A stretch of DNA of 24,000 nt. Source: Pseudomonadota bacterium. GTDB lineage: Bacteria > Pseudomonadota > Alphaproteobacteria > Rhizobiales > Beijerinckiaceae. The position numbers and the translations under genes were made by a program. The stretch covers positions 40,818 to 64,817 of the forward strand of contig JAIUNQ010000003.1 in NCBI GenBank assembly GCA_020161475.1, read 5' to 3'. Below are positions 15,101 through 22,788 of this stretch, piece after piece (the first letter of the stretch is position 1; each line of letters opens with the position of its first letter). The notes under the pieces are model-generated. The model ran no database searches. It was not told the origin of the DNA and worked only from the letters and a program-made list of their open reading frames with translations.

Positions 15101-16751
15101 CCTTCCGGCGGTGCAGGGGGCCCTCGATCAGATCATCCAGCGCTTCGGCACCGATATGGTTGCGGAGGTCACCGGGCGTTCAAGGCGTATCGTGGCAAAG
15201 ACCAATGCCGATGGTTCACAGCGTCTTTGCGTCGAGAACCGGGCGGCCTCGGCAAACCTCGGCGAAACGCGTGCGTTTCAGGGAGATCAGAAGCGCATTC
15301 TGGTGTTTTCTGATGCGGGTGGTACGGGGCGGAGCTATCACGCCGAGCGATCCGCGAAGAACCAGCGCCTGCGCGTTCACTACCTTCTTGAGCCGGGCTG
15401 GAAGGCCGATAACGCCATCCAAGGCTTGGGGCGCACCAATCGCACCAATCAGGCGCAGCCGCCGCTCTTTCGGCCCGTGGCGAGTGATGTGAAAGGCGAG
15501 AAGAGGTTTCTGTCCACCATTGCCCGGCGCCTCGATACCTTGGGTGCCATTACGAGGGGGCAGCGTCAGACCGGTGGTCAGGGCATGTTCCGGGCGGAGG
15601 ACAATCTCGAATCCAGTTACGGTCGGCTCGCACTGCGCCAGCTCTACATGCTGATCTACATGGGCAAGGTCGAGGCCTGCTCGCTGGAACGCTTCGAGGC
15701 GGTGACGGGTCTGCCCCTGACGGATCGGGATGGCAGCCTGCTTGAAGACCTCCCCCCGATCACGACCTTTCTCAATCGCATCCTCGCGCTCCCGATTGCA
15801 CTGCAAAACCGACTGTTCGAGGTGTTCGAAAGCCTGATGGAAGCGGCGATTGAGGGGGCGATGCAGGCTGGAACCTTTGATATCGGTGTCGAGACGGTGA
15901 GCGCCGAGAGTATCGCGATAGAGGATCGTCAGGTGACTGCGACCCATGCGGGGAGCGGCGCCACCACGTCGTTGCTCACGCTCGAACGAAAGGATCGAGC
16001 GGAGATCACCCCGATTGAAGATATCTTCGCCCAGCTGAGCACAAACCCTAGGGCGCGGCTGATGCATAACCGGCAGTCCGACCGGGCCGCGCTCGTGATG
16101 CCGACGACGAGCCTGATGCAGGATGACGGGAGGGTTTGCCCGCGCGTTCGCCTCATCCGGCCCAATGCGCGCGAGGTGATGCCGGTTGAAGCGTTCGAGA
16201 AATCCCAATGGCGGGATACGGATGAGAGCGCCTTCCGTTTTGCTTGGGAGGAGGAGGTCCGGGGCATCCCGCCCTTCACCCAGACGCGCTTTCACATGGT
16301 GGTGGGGCTGCTGCTGCCGGTGTGGAGGCAGTTTCCGGAGGAGAACACGCGTGTCTATCGCCTCCAGAGCGATTGCGGACAGCGGCTCATCGGGCGTCTG
16401 GTCTCTCCCGCAACTGTTGCTGCACTGAGGGAGGCGCTGCTCAGCAAGCCCCCTGCCCTTTCATCTCAGGATGCCGTGGCAACGATCCTGAAGGACAACA
16501 CGGGGCTTCTGCTGCGCGATGGGCTTGCTCTGAAGCGTTCTCTCGTCATGACGCGTCAGCGCATCGAGATGACCGGCTTCTCGGATCGGGATGTTCCGCG
16601 CCTCAAAGCGCTGGGGCTCATGTCCGAAATCATCACCTGGAAACTCCGGCTCTTCGTTCCTGTGGGCGATGAGGCCGCCGCCATTCTGGCGCGCTTGTTC
16701 GAGCTCTACCCAATCCAGCGCATCGTTCGTTCCACTCGCGTCGGCAGTTAA
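12126..16751 (+). CDS. Fusion of an N6-adenine/N4-cytosine-type SAM methyltransferase with a strawberry-notch (Sno) family helicase/NTPase (1541 aa)
   Basis: MTase motif I VLEPSAGTGMLA and motif IV LMNPPF. A Pro/Ser-rich linker of about 140 aa follows. Sno-type P-loop GDGTGAGKGRQ, DEAH box VIVFDEAHAMAN, and C-terminal helicase motifs FSDAGGTGRSYHA and GLGRTNRTNQ. Confidence 0.9.
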   Translation: MTPPAALALAAPLSVRPHLPSVSGGCLLEAARLLLRSLSSGRRIDADVMRLAMEEAFGGSDAEGAWSWKDAYEAIEAAQILFLRQFGASILGGGRSPVAILGILETLGALLPTQTRRSEASQALQQFSTPVELAFLAAQAARLSSSDLVLEPSAGTGMLAIYAEIAGASLVLNEWAEERHGLLAGLFPKARLTQFDGAQIHDRLDPTIRPSVVLMNPPFSASPLVAGRYANATFEHIRSALARLEPNGRLVAITGESLSPYGRTWRPAFEKLQASSSVRVSFALCRGFFRRHGTDVESRLTVIDKLPASNASTFPAPAAPAANLRDLLALIEEHVPPRVTSQITSPPTPSVASPAPVVTSISTSRLSAFGRLKRPVALPSAPETMERPSQLEAKSPPLLASAASVDPLVVDQQPLDLFSIEERKVGEAFSAQHQPPESNGSAPSPAVGAVIELQYTPQDWVASPTGGLDAGLYEAYLVQSMVIEGAKPHPSVLVQSAAMASVAPPKPSYRPHLPEAIVSSGLLSDAQLETIVYAGEAHGQRLGGSWVVNETFDALEAAAEGAEDAVTFRRGFYLGDGTGAGKGRQVAGVVLDNWLKGRKKALWISKSDKLLEDAQRDWAALGQEKLQIVPLSRFKQGTPVTLSEGILFTTYATLRSDERQGPGGEIKASRLKQVIDWLGKDAGAGAAADFDGVIVFDEAHAMANAAGEKGARGDKSASQQGRAGVRLQNALPQARVLYVSATGATTVSNLAYASRLGLWGSTDMPFATREAFVEAMEAGGIAAMEVLARDLKALGLYTARALSYAGVEVEMLEHQLSAEQIRIYDAYASAFEIIHNNLNAALEASNITGEGGKSYNKNAKSAARSAFESNKQRFFAHLITAMKAPSLIKAIEADMEAGHAAVIQIVSTNEALLERRLAEIPTSEWNDLSVDITPREYVLDYLAHSFPTGLFEVYSDDDGNLQSRPAMDEDGNPVQSREAVERRDRLIEHLASLPAVQGALDQIIQRFGTDMVAEVTGRSRRIVAKTNADGSQRLCVENRAASANLGETRAFQGDQKRILVFSDAGGTGRSYHAERSAKNQRLRVHYLLEPGWKADNAIQGLGRTNRTNQAQPPLFRPVASDVKGEKRFLSTIARRLDTLGAITRGQRQTGGQGMFRAEDNLESSYGRLALRQLYMLIYMGKVEACSLERFEAVTGLPLTDRDGSLLEDLPPITTFLNRILALPIALQNRLFEVFESLMEAAIEGAMQAGTFDIGVETVSAESIAIEDRQVTATHAGSGATTSLLTLERKDRAEITPIEDIFAQLSTNPRARLMHNRQSDRAALVMPTTSLMQDDGRVCPRVRLIRPNAREVMPVEAFEKSQWRDTDESAFRFAWEEEVRGIPPFTQTRFHMVVGLLLPVWRQFPEENTRVYRLQSDCGQRLIGRLVSPATVAALREALLSKPPALSSQDAVATILKDNTGLLLRDGLALKRSLVMTRQRIEMTGFSDRDVPRLKALGLMSEIITWKLRLFVPVGDEAAAILARLFELYPIQRIVRSTRVGS

Positions 16752-16761
16752 GGCGGAAGCG

Positions 16762-17805
16762 ATGGCTGCGCCTGCAAGGGAACTCTCACAACAGCTGGCA
16801 GAGCGCGCGGAAGCGGTCTGCCGCCATTATCTTTCGAATGGATATCGCTCAGGAGCCTATTGGCTTGTGGGCGATCTAGGGAATGCCAAGGGCCGCTCGC
16901 TCTTCGTGCGTCTCAATGGTGGCCCGGCAGGTCGATCGAACCGAGGCAAATGGCAGGATGCAGCCACAGGAGAACACGGTGATCTTCTCGATCTGATTGC
17001 CGCACGGGAGGGCCACACCCGCTTCGCAGATACCCTGGCGGAGGCGCGACGTTTTCTTGGACAACCGGACCTCGCTCCCGAACATGGCTTCGCCCGCGAC
17101 CTCAAGGAAACGTATAGAGCCACTTCTGACACCACCCTGCTCGCCAAGCGCATCTGGGGGGAATGCCGCCCCATCTGCGGCACAGCGGGGGAGGCCTATC
17201 TGAAGGGGCGCGGGGTCTGCCTCGACGGGATATCGTCAATCCGCTTTCATCCCGCCCTCCCCTATCGGGCCGATGATCGCGCCGGGCCTGTTAGGCTCCC
17301 CGCCTATGTGGTTGCGGTCACCGATTCTGCTGGGCGCTTGACCGGTATCCAGCGTCGGTGGCTTCGCCATGGCGATCGAACTGGTGGCATCATCGCGCCC
17401 CGCAAGTCGCTCGGACATCTTCACGGCAACGGCGTCTGGCTTCGCCATGGACGGCACTTTCAGGAGAGCGGTGTCATCGTGGCCGGTGAAGGTGTTGAGA
17501 CGGTGCTCTCGGTGGCTGAAGTGTTGCGAACCCCAACCCTGATCGCCTGCCTTTCCGCGAGCCATCTTGCGGCCTTCTGTTGGCCTGAATGGTGCAAGCG
17601 GCTTCTCATCCTCCAGGACAATGACCCGGCGGGTATCAGGGCCTCACGGCGCTTGGCAGCCCGTGCGCGTGAAGCGGGTATCTCCAGCGCGATCTTTCGC
17701 CCCGTCCTTAAGGACTTCAACGCCGATCTGCGCCTGCTGGGGTGGGCCGCCTTGGCCGATCACCTCTCGCGGCAGGTGCCGGATCTTGTGATCGTTGACG
17801 GGTAA
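16762..17805 (+). CDS. Toprim-domain protein (primase-like, 347 aa)
   Basis: The ATG at 16762 lies 10 nt after the upstream TAA; the track start at 16591 lies inside the previous gene. Toprim glutamate VAGEGVETVLS and DxD-type motif LQDNDPAG. The N-terminal AVCRHYLSNG...GDLLDLI resembles the N-terminus of P4-alpha/TraC-like primase-associated domains. Confidence 0.8.
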   Translation: MAAPARELSQQLAERAEAVCRHYLSNGYRSGAYWLVGDLGNAKGRSLFVRLNGGPAGRSNRGKWQDAATGEHGDLLDLIAAREGHTRFADTLAEARRFLGQPDLAPEHGFARDLKETYRATSDTTLLAKRIWGECRPICGTAGEAYLKGRGVCLDGISSIRFHPALPYRADDRAGPVRLPAYVVAVTDSAGRLTGIQRRWLRHGDRTGGIIAPRKSLGHLHGNGVWLRHGRHFQESGVIVAGEGVETVLSVAEVLRTPTLIACLSASHLAAFCWPEWCKRLLILQDNDPAGIRASRRLAARAREAGISSAIFRPVLKDFNADLRLLGWAALADHLSRQVPDLVIVDG

Positions 17806-18072
17806 GGTTTTGTTAACCTGCCCGCTGGCGGCTGATCGGTGAAGGCTCCTGACTCCCCGTGAGAGATCCGCAGCCCGGGGCCTTGGAAGAGACGGTCGAT
17901 CGGGCCACAGGCGCTGCCCCTGCTGCAACGGCGGTGCCGTCCTCCTCTTCGTTCCGGTCCCTGCCGGGGGCTTGATGCCCCCTTGGGGATGCAGCGTTGC
18001 CGCCCCTGCGCCCGTTTATCGCCCGTCAAGGCCCGCGATGGTGCGGGTGATCCTTCAGGAGGCGAGCGAGCC

Positions 18073-19005
18073 ATGTATCACGATCAGGAATTCCACCAGA
18101 GCGAGGCGATTGGCGCTTCACCCTCTCCCCATCTTCTCGATGAGCTCCAGCTCCACGGCTATCGCCCGCTCGAGGAAGAAGGGGATCCGCGCCCCCTCCC
18201 CTCGCCCAAGGCCGCAGAGCAATCGCTTGGCGCCATGTTCGAGGCAGCCTCGACCCTCTTCATGGAAACGCGGCTCGAGAATGACCTGCCCGATCTTCTC
18301 TGGAGCTTCGTGAACCTCTTTCATCGCCAGACCGAACGCATGGGGCGGCTTCTGGATGAGAACGAGACCGCTCAGCGCAATGCCCAGGCTCAGCAGGATG
18401 GTTCGGAGGTTCGCTCGGTCGAGCTTGAGCGCCTGACCGCTCTGGGTCTTTCGCTGATCGAGCGGCGCAATGCCTTCGAGTTCTTTCGCGAAACCGCCGC
18501 GCAGTTCTTTGCCGCGGAGACGGGCTCTCTCTGGCGTCCCCGTTCGGGTTCGCTCGTCAATCATCGCGCGCTGACCTCGGCGCTGGTCGACAGTCGCGAC
18601 TTCATCAACGCGCGCAAGATTTCTGAGACGAGCGTGCTGGTGCCTGCGGGGCATCGCATCGGCTTCGCCGGAGGCACGGATTACAATGATCATACGAAGG
18701 TCTGGGACATCCTCGACAAGACCCGCTCAAAGCACCCCGATATGGTGCTCCTGCATGGGGGTGGCGCCCGCGGTGCCGAGCGCATCGCGTCCTGCTGGGC
18801 CGAGAACCGCAAGGTGCCGCAGGTGATCTTCAAACCTGACTGGGCCAAGCACCGCAATGCCGCTCCCTTCAAGCGCAATGACCAATTGCTCGAAGCCTTG
18901 CCGATCGGCTTGATCCTGTTCCCGGGCTCGGGAATTGTCGAAAACCTCGGTGACAAGGCTCGCAAGCTTGGCATTCCGGTTTGGCGATGCGGGCAGGGGG
19001 CGTAA
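18073..19005 (+). CDS. DUF2493 (SLOG-fold) domain protein with an N-terminal extension of about 190 aa
   Basis: The ATG at 18073 follows AGGAGG (18055-18060). The C-terminus DMVLLHGGGARGAERIASCWAENRKVPQVIFKPDWAKHRNAAPFKRNDQLLE matches my recollection of DUF2493. Confidence 0.75.
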   Translation: MYHDQEFHQSEAIGASPSPHLLDELQLHGYRPLEEEGDPRPLPSPKAAEQSLGAMFEAASTLFMETRLENDLPDLLWSFVNLFHRQTERMGRLLDENETAQRNAQAQQDGSEVRSVELERLTALGLSLIERRNAFEFFRETAAQFFAAETGSLWRPRSGSLVNHRALTSALVDSRDFINARKISETSVLVPAGHRIGFAGGTDYNDHTKVWDILDKTRSKHPDMVLLHGGGARGAERIASCWAENRKVPQVIFKPDWAKHRNAAPFKRNDQLLEALPIGLILFPGSGIVENLGDKARKLGIPVWRCGQGA

Positions 19006-19045
19006 GCCCCCGTTTCTCTTCAAGCGGTATCCGCAATTAAAAGAG

Positions 19046-19076
19046 CCGCGTGCGTCATGAGATCGCGCGCGGTTTG
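19046..19076 (+). terminator. Possible weak terminator after the DUF2493 gene
   Basis: CCGCGTGCG (19046-19054) pairs with CGCGCGCGG (19064-19072) as a 9-bp stem with one G-U pair and a 9-nt loop. It is followed only by TTT, which makes it weak. Confidence 0.3.
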
Positions 19077-19854
19077 GCGGCTGCCTGCTCGAACTCTGAC
19101 TGTAGTTCTCATCCTGCCCACGCCGTGCGCTACCCCGCGCGTGACAAATCTCCCCGTCGATGTCGATTGTGACTGGCCGGTTCAACATGGCGCATCGATC
19201 GTAGCGTTGTGACCTCCAGCCGCCGCCTTCCTGCAAGCGGACCCGGCTCTCATGCGTCATGGGGCGGGAAGGTAGGGGCAGGAGCGTTCCGCATGAGAAG
19301 GGCTGCCCGCGACTGTGAACCAGATCAGGATGTGACTGCTCCGGCATCCATCTCGTGACGCGCGGGGGGTGATCCAAAGCAACGGAACTCCGGGACTTGA
19401 GCCTTGGACCGACGCCAGCGTCGCTACTCCATGCCCGAAGCCAAAGAGGCGCGCTTATTCTTTGTGCCACCAAATGTTGTCATGGCCGGAAGAAGGGCGG
19501 GGCCCGACCACCATGAGCACTGCCCCCTTGAAGGGAGGAAGACCGATCCGCATCCATCGTTCTCGCCTCCGTTGCGCGTCCGTGATCTCGTCAGCTGCGT
19601 GTCCAGATGGGCTGATCTGACCGGAGGGCGGATGCCTCGGGGCATCCTCGCATCGATCCGCCAACAGGCCTCCCCTGAAAATTTCCGCCGGCGGGAAATC
19701 CGCCTTTGCATCGCGAGACAAATTTTAAGGTGAGCCCCGTCCTCCACATTCGTTCCGGCCCGGTGGGTGTCGGTCGCTGCGCCTCCGGTCTTTCGATCGC
19801 CATCAGGCACGCATCAGACGTGACCTGAAACGCCAAACAAACGGAGATACGACA

Positions 19855-20184
19855 ATGGCTACGATCGGCACTTTCTCTCTCGCCAAGGACGGCTTCCTCG
19901 CAGGCTCCATCAAGACCCTCACCCTCGATACTCAGGCCACCTTCGAGCCGGTGGAAAGCGAAAGCAAAGGCGCTCCCTCCTTCCGTCTCTATGCGGGCGA
20001 CGTCGAGCTCGGTGCCGCCTGGCCCAAGACCGCCCAGAAGTCCGGACGCGAGTATCACCAGGTGCGCATCGACGATCCGAGCCTGCCCAAGCCGATCTTC
20101 GCCAATCTGGTGGTGAACCGTGACGGCGGCTTCGATCTCCTCTGGAACCGCCCGCGCAGTACCAACAGCCGCACCCGGCACTGA
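19855..20184 (+). CDS. DUF736 domain protein
   Basis: MATIGTFSLAKDGFLAGSIKTLTLD...APSFRLYAGDVELGAAWPKT...GREYHQVRIDDPSLPKPIFANLV is the characteristic DUF736 pattern seen on alphaproteobacterial plasmids and ICEs. GGAGA lies upstream of the ATG. Confidence 0.85.
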   Translation: MATIGTFSLAKDGFLAGSIKTLTLDTQATFEPVESESKGAPSFRLYAGDVELGAAWPKTAQKSGREYHQVRIDDPSLPKPIFANLVVNRDGGFDLLWNRPRSTNSRTRH

Positions 20185-20199
20185 TGACGGCATGTGCAG

Positions 20200-20230
20200 G
20201 CCGCTCGCCGAAAGGCGGGCGGCTTTTGTT
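20200..20230 (+). terminator. Rho-independent terminator after DUF736
   Basis: GCCGCTCGCC (20200-20209), loop GAAA, GGCGGGCGGC (20214-20223, one G-U pair), then TTTTGTT. Confidence 0.8.
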
Positions 20231-20232
20231 GA

Positions 20233-20248
20233 GTTGGCCGCGGCCAAC
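20233..20248. promoter_or_regulatory. parS-type centromere palindrome GTTGGCCGCGGCCAAC, copy 1 (upstream of repA)
   Basis: A perfect 16-bp palindrome that fits the published repABC parS consensus GTTNNCNGCNGNNAAC at every constrained position. Confidence 0.75.
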
Positions 20249-20332
20249 TTTCTCTGCGGGGCTACCCCAGAATCGGGTTAAACTTGCTTAACGATAAAGT
20301 TCTTGCCGGTTCCAAGGAATCGTGTCTTTCCT

Positions 20333-20371
20333 GATACGGAATATTGGGTGCATCGCCCTGAAATCCGTATC
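20333..20371. promoter_or_regulatory. Inverted repeat in the repA leader/promoter region (candidate RepA/RepB operator or leader hairpin)
   Basis: GATACGGA (20333-20340) and TCCGTATC (20364-20371) are exact inverted partners; the exact match extends by 1 bp (TGATACGGA, 20332-20340 / TCCGTATCA, 20364-20372). CAAGGAAT also occurs twice in direct orientation (20313-20320 and 20371-20378). Confidence 0.4.
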
Positions 20372-20385
20372 AAGGAATTAAATTC

Positions 20386-21600
20386 GTGGACACGGCTTCG
20401 CTTCGTTCCGGCCAAGTTGCATCAGACGCTAAAATTGCGGCGCATGCGAAGCTTTTGTCTGGCCAGTTGCAGTCGCTTGGCTCGCGACTATTCCCACCAG
20501 ACAGCAGGAAATTTCTGAGGTCGTTCACCTCAGGTGAGGCTGCGCGGTTGCTCAATGTGTCTGACGGGTATCTCCGCCAGCTCTCTATTGATGGAATTGG
20601 ACCGACGCCGGAGGTTTCTCAGACTGGCCGCCGCTCCTACACCCTAGCTCAGATCAACGAGCTTCGGCGCTATATCGCCAATGCTAAGCCTCGTGATGCT
20701 GACACTATTCTGCCTCACCGCAAGCCCGGTGAGCGGCTTCAGACGATCGCCTGCGTGAATTTCAAGGGCGGCTCAGCCAAAACAACAACTGCGCTTTATC
20801 TGGCACAATTTCTAGCATTGAGCGGATACCGTGTTTTGGCTCTGGACCTCGATCCTCAGGCGTCGATGACGGCAATGCTTGGCCTTCAGCCGGAATTCGA
20901 TCTGGGGGAAGGGGACACTCTTTATGGCGCTATCCGCTATGACGAGTCCCGCCGTTCTGCAAAGGCGTGCATTCGCAAGACCTACTTCGACGGCCTCGAC
21001 CTTATCCCCGGCAATCTCGAGTTGATGGAATTCGAGCATGATACGCCGCGGGCACTTCATCAGGGCGGGCGCCCAGCCGGCGGATTATTCTTCCAACGCG
21101 TCGGCAAGGCGCTGAACGAAGTGGAGGCTGATTATGACGTGGTCATCATCGATTGCCCGCCCCAGCTCGGCTACCTGACGCTCGGAGCGCTTTGTGCCGC
21201 GACCTCGCTTCTCGTGACAATTCATCCGCAAATGGTCGACGTCGCTTCGATGTCGCAGTTTCTGTTGATGACGGCCGACTTGATGTCTGTTGTCCGAAAT
21301 GCAGGCGGTGATCTGCACCATGATTTCATCCGCTACGTTGTCACGCGACACGAACCCCATGATGGGCCGCAGTCGCAGGTCGTGGCGTTGCTGCGCGGGC
21401 TCTTCGGAGATGACGTGCTCGCAGCGACGGTGTGGAAATCCACCGCTATCGCCGACGCCGGGCTCACTAAACAGTCGCTCTATGAACTTGATCGGGGCAC
21501 CGTAGGCCGCGCAACTTATGATCGGGCCATTGAATCGCTTGACGCAGTGAATGGTGAGATCCTTGGACTCATCCGCAGAGCTTGGGGGAGGGACGCATGA
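20386..21600 (+). CDS. repA: RepA, ParA-family partition ATPase of a repABC operon
   Basis: GTG start at 20386. Deviant Walker A NFKGGSAKTTTALYLAQ, then LALDLDPQAS. The N-terminal HTH-like region FTSGEAARLLNVSDGYLRQL is present. Size and position upstream of repB/repC are typical. Confidence 0.92.
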   Translation: MDTASLRSGQVASDAKIAAHAKLLSGQLQSLGSRLFPPDSRKFLRSFTSGEAARLLNVSDGYLRQLSIDGIGPTPEVSQTGRRSYTLAQINELRRYIANAKPRDADTILPHRKPGERLQTIACVNFKGGSAKTTTALYLAQFLALSGYRVLALDLDPQASMTAMLGLQPEFDLGEGDTLYGAIRYDESRRSAKACIRKTYFDGLDLIPGNLELMEFEHDTPRALHQGGRPAGGLFFQRVGKALNEVEADYDVVIIDCPPQLGYLTLGALCAATSLLVTIHPQMVDVASMSQFLLMTADLMSVVRNAGGDLHHDFIRYVVTRHEPHDGPQSQVVALLRGLFGDDVLAATVWKSTAIADAGLTKQSLYELDRGTVGRATYDRAIESLDAVNGEILGLIRRAWGRDA

Positions 21601-22604
21601 CGCGCCGCAATCTCATCAAATCCCTGATCGAGGAACAGTTGGCCGCGGCCAACTCAGCGCCTGCGCTCGAGGCTCCAACTGAGCCGCTTTTGCCTACGCC
21701 GCAAACGCAACGCACCCTTGCAGGTCCCGTGCGAACGATGGGACTGACGCTGGACAAGATTGAAGATGAAGCGCGGGCCTTGAAAGAGGCGCTGGCGAAG
21801 GGGCAGAGCGTCGTTGATATTGACCCTTCGAGGGTCGAGCCGTCCTTCGTTCTAGATCGTTTCGACCACGTGGATGACGAGGCGTTTGAGCAACTGAAAG
21901 CGTCCTTCCGCGAGCACGGACAAGAAGTTCCGGTCTTGGTGCGCCCGCATCCGATCCGCGATGGACATTTTCAGCTTGCCTATGGGCATCGCCGGTGGCG
22001 AGCTGCGAGGGAACTGGGGCTGCCGTTAAAGGCCGTAGTTCGCGCATTCAATGATGAGGCTCTGGTTCTAGCGCAGGGGTTAGAAAACTCCGCTCGGAAA
22101 GATTTATCCTTCATTGAGAAGGCGATGTTCGCAAAATCTCTCGAGGATCGAGGAACCGACCGCCAGCTGATCATGGCGGCATTATCGACGGATAAGACAG
22201 AGCTCTCTAAGCTGATTTCTGTTGCCAGAGCGGTGCCCGAGCAGATCGCGCGAGCTATTGGCCCCGCGCCGAAGGCAGGCCGACGTCGTTGGATGGATCT
22301 CTCGGATCGCCTCAACCAGGACAATGCGTTGGCCGCAGTTCAGCGTATTCTTGCCGATCCCGATCTCAGCCGAGATTCAGATACTCGGTTCTTGAGGGTT
22401 CTGGCCGCTCTCACGAAGTCAGCAACACCTATTCCGTCACAACCGATTTGGTCGAACGGTGAGGGGCGGGGGCTGGCCTTCCTAGCGGAAGACGGCGGCC
22501 GAACCATTTTGCGTTTCGACGCGGTCGTCCCAAAAGACTTCGCCGCATTTCTTGGCACACGCCTCGCCTCGCTTTTCGAAGAGTACGAGAGGGTGAGCAA
22601 GTGA
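21597..22604 (+). CDS. repB: RepB, ParB-family centromere-binding protein of a repABC operon
   Basis: The ATG overlaps the repA TGA (ATGA at 21597-21600) and is preceded by GGGGGAGGGA. ParB-box motifs QEVPVLVRP and AYGHRRWRAARELGL are present. Confidence 0.9.
   Translation: MTRRNLIKSLIEEQLAAANSAPALEAPTEPLLPTPQTQRTLAGPVRTMGLTLDKIEDEARALKEALAKGQSVVDIDPSRVEPSFVLDRFDHVDDEAFEQLKASFREHGQEVPVLVRPHPIRDGHFQLAYGHRRWRAARELGLPLKAVVRAFNDEALVLAQGLENSARKDLSFIEKAMFAKSLEDRGTDRQLIMAALSTDKTELSKLISVARAVPEQIARAIGPAPKAGRRRWMDLSDRLNQDNALAAVQRILADPDLSRDSDTRFLRVLAALTKSATPIPSQPIWSNGEGRGLAFLAEDGGRTILRFDAVVPKDFAAFLGTRLASLFEEYERVSK
21638..21653. promoter_or_regulatory. parS-type palindrome GTTGGCCGCGGCCAAC, copy 2 (inside the 5' end of repB)
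   Basis: Identical to the 20233-20248 copy. It is embedded in codons for QLAAAN of RepB. Confidence 0.7.
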
Positions 22605-22642
22605 ATCAGAGCTACTGACCTAACCAGGAAAGGACAATTCGA

Positions 22643-22693
22643 CAAAAGAAAAAGGCCCCCGATGTTTCCACCGGAAGCCCTCTCTTGTTCGCA
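22643..22693 (-). ncRNA. Predicted antisense counter-transcribed RNA (ctRNA, incompatibility/copy-number regulator) of the repB-repC spacer
   Basis: On the minus strand, GGCTTCCGGTG-GAAA-CATCGGGGGCC (22679-22654, an 11-bp stem with three G-U pairs) is followed by TTTTTCTTTTG. A perfect TTGACA -35 lies about 85 nt upstream. Predicted length is about 50 nt. Position and orientation match the known repABC ctRNA. The 5' end is inferred. Confidence 0.7.
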
Positions 22694-22698
22694 CCTTG

Positions 22699-22727
22699 AG
22701 AATCCCACTTCCGCGAATCGCTGTCAA
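22699..22727 (-). promoter_or_regulatory. Candidate ctRNA promoter
   Basis: Reading the minus strand: TTGACA (22727-22722), a 17-nt spacer, then GATTCT (22704-22699), which is a weak -10. Confidence 0.5.
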
Positions 22728-22770
22728 GAGTCCTGAAAGGGAAACTGCCATTTCGGCGGGCGGATTTCTT

Positions 22771-22788
22771 TTGCCTGATTGCAGGCAA
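22771..22788 (+). promoter_or_regulatory. Stem-loop immediately upstream of the repC start that buries the only purine-rich SD-like element
   Basis: TTGCCTG-attg-CAGGCAA is a 7-bp perfect stem ending 5 nt before the repC ATG. The AGG of the putative SD lies in the 3' arm. Confidence 0.5.

Noticed and set aside
17966-17982. The GGGGGC-ttgat-GCCCCC hairpin in the Toprim/DUF2493 intergenic region as a terminator or regulatory RNA.
   Set aside because: The stem is short (6 bp) with no U-tract and sits in very GC-rich DNA, where such stems arise readily. There is no supporting context.
22328-22343. A third parS-like sequence, GTTGGCCGCAGTTCAG, inside repB.
   Set aside because: Only the left half matches (11 of 16 overall) and the dyad symmetry is lost. 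It is mentioned under the parS finding but not called as a site.
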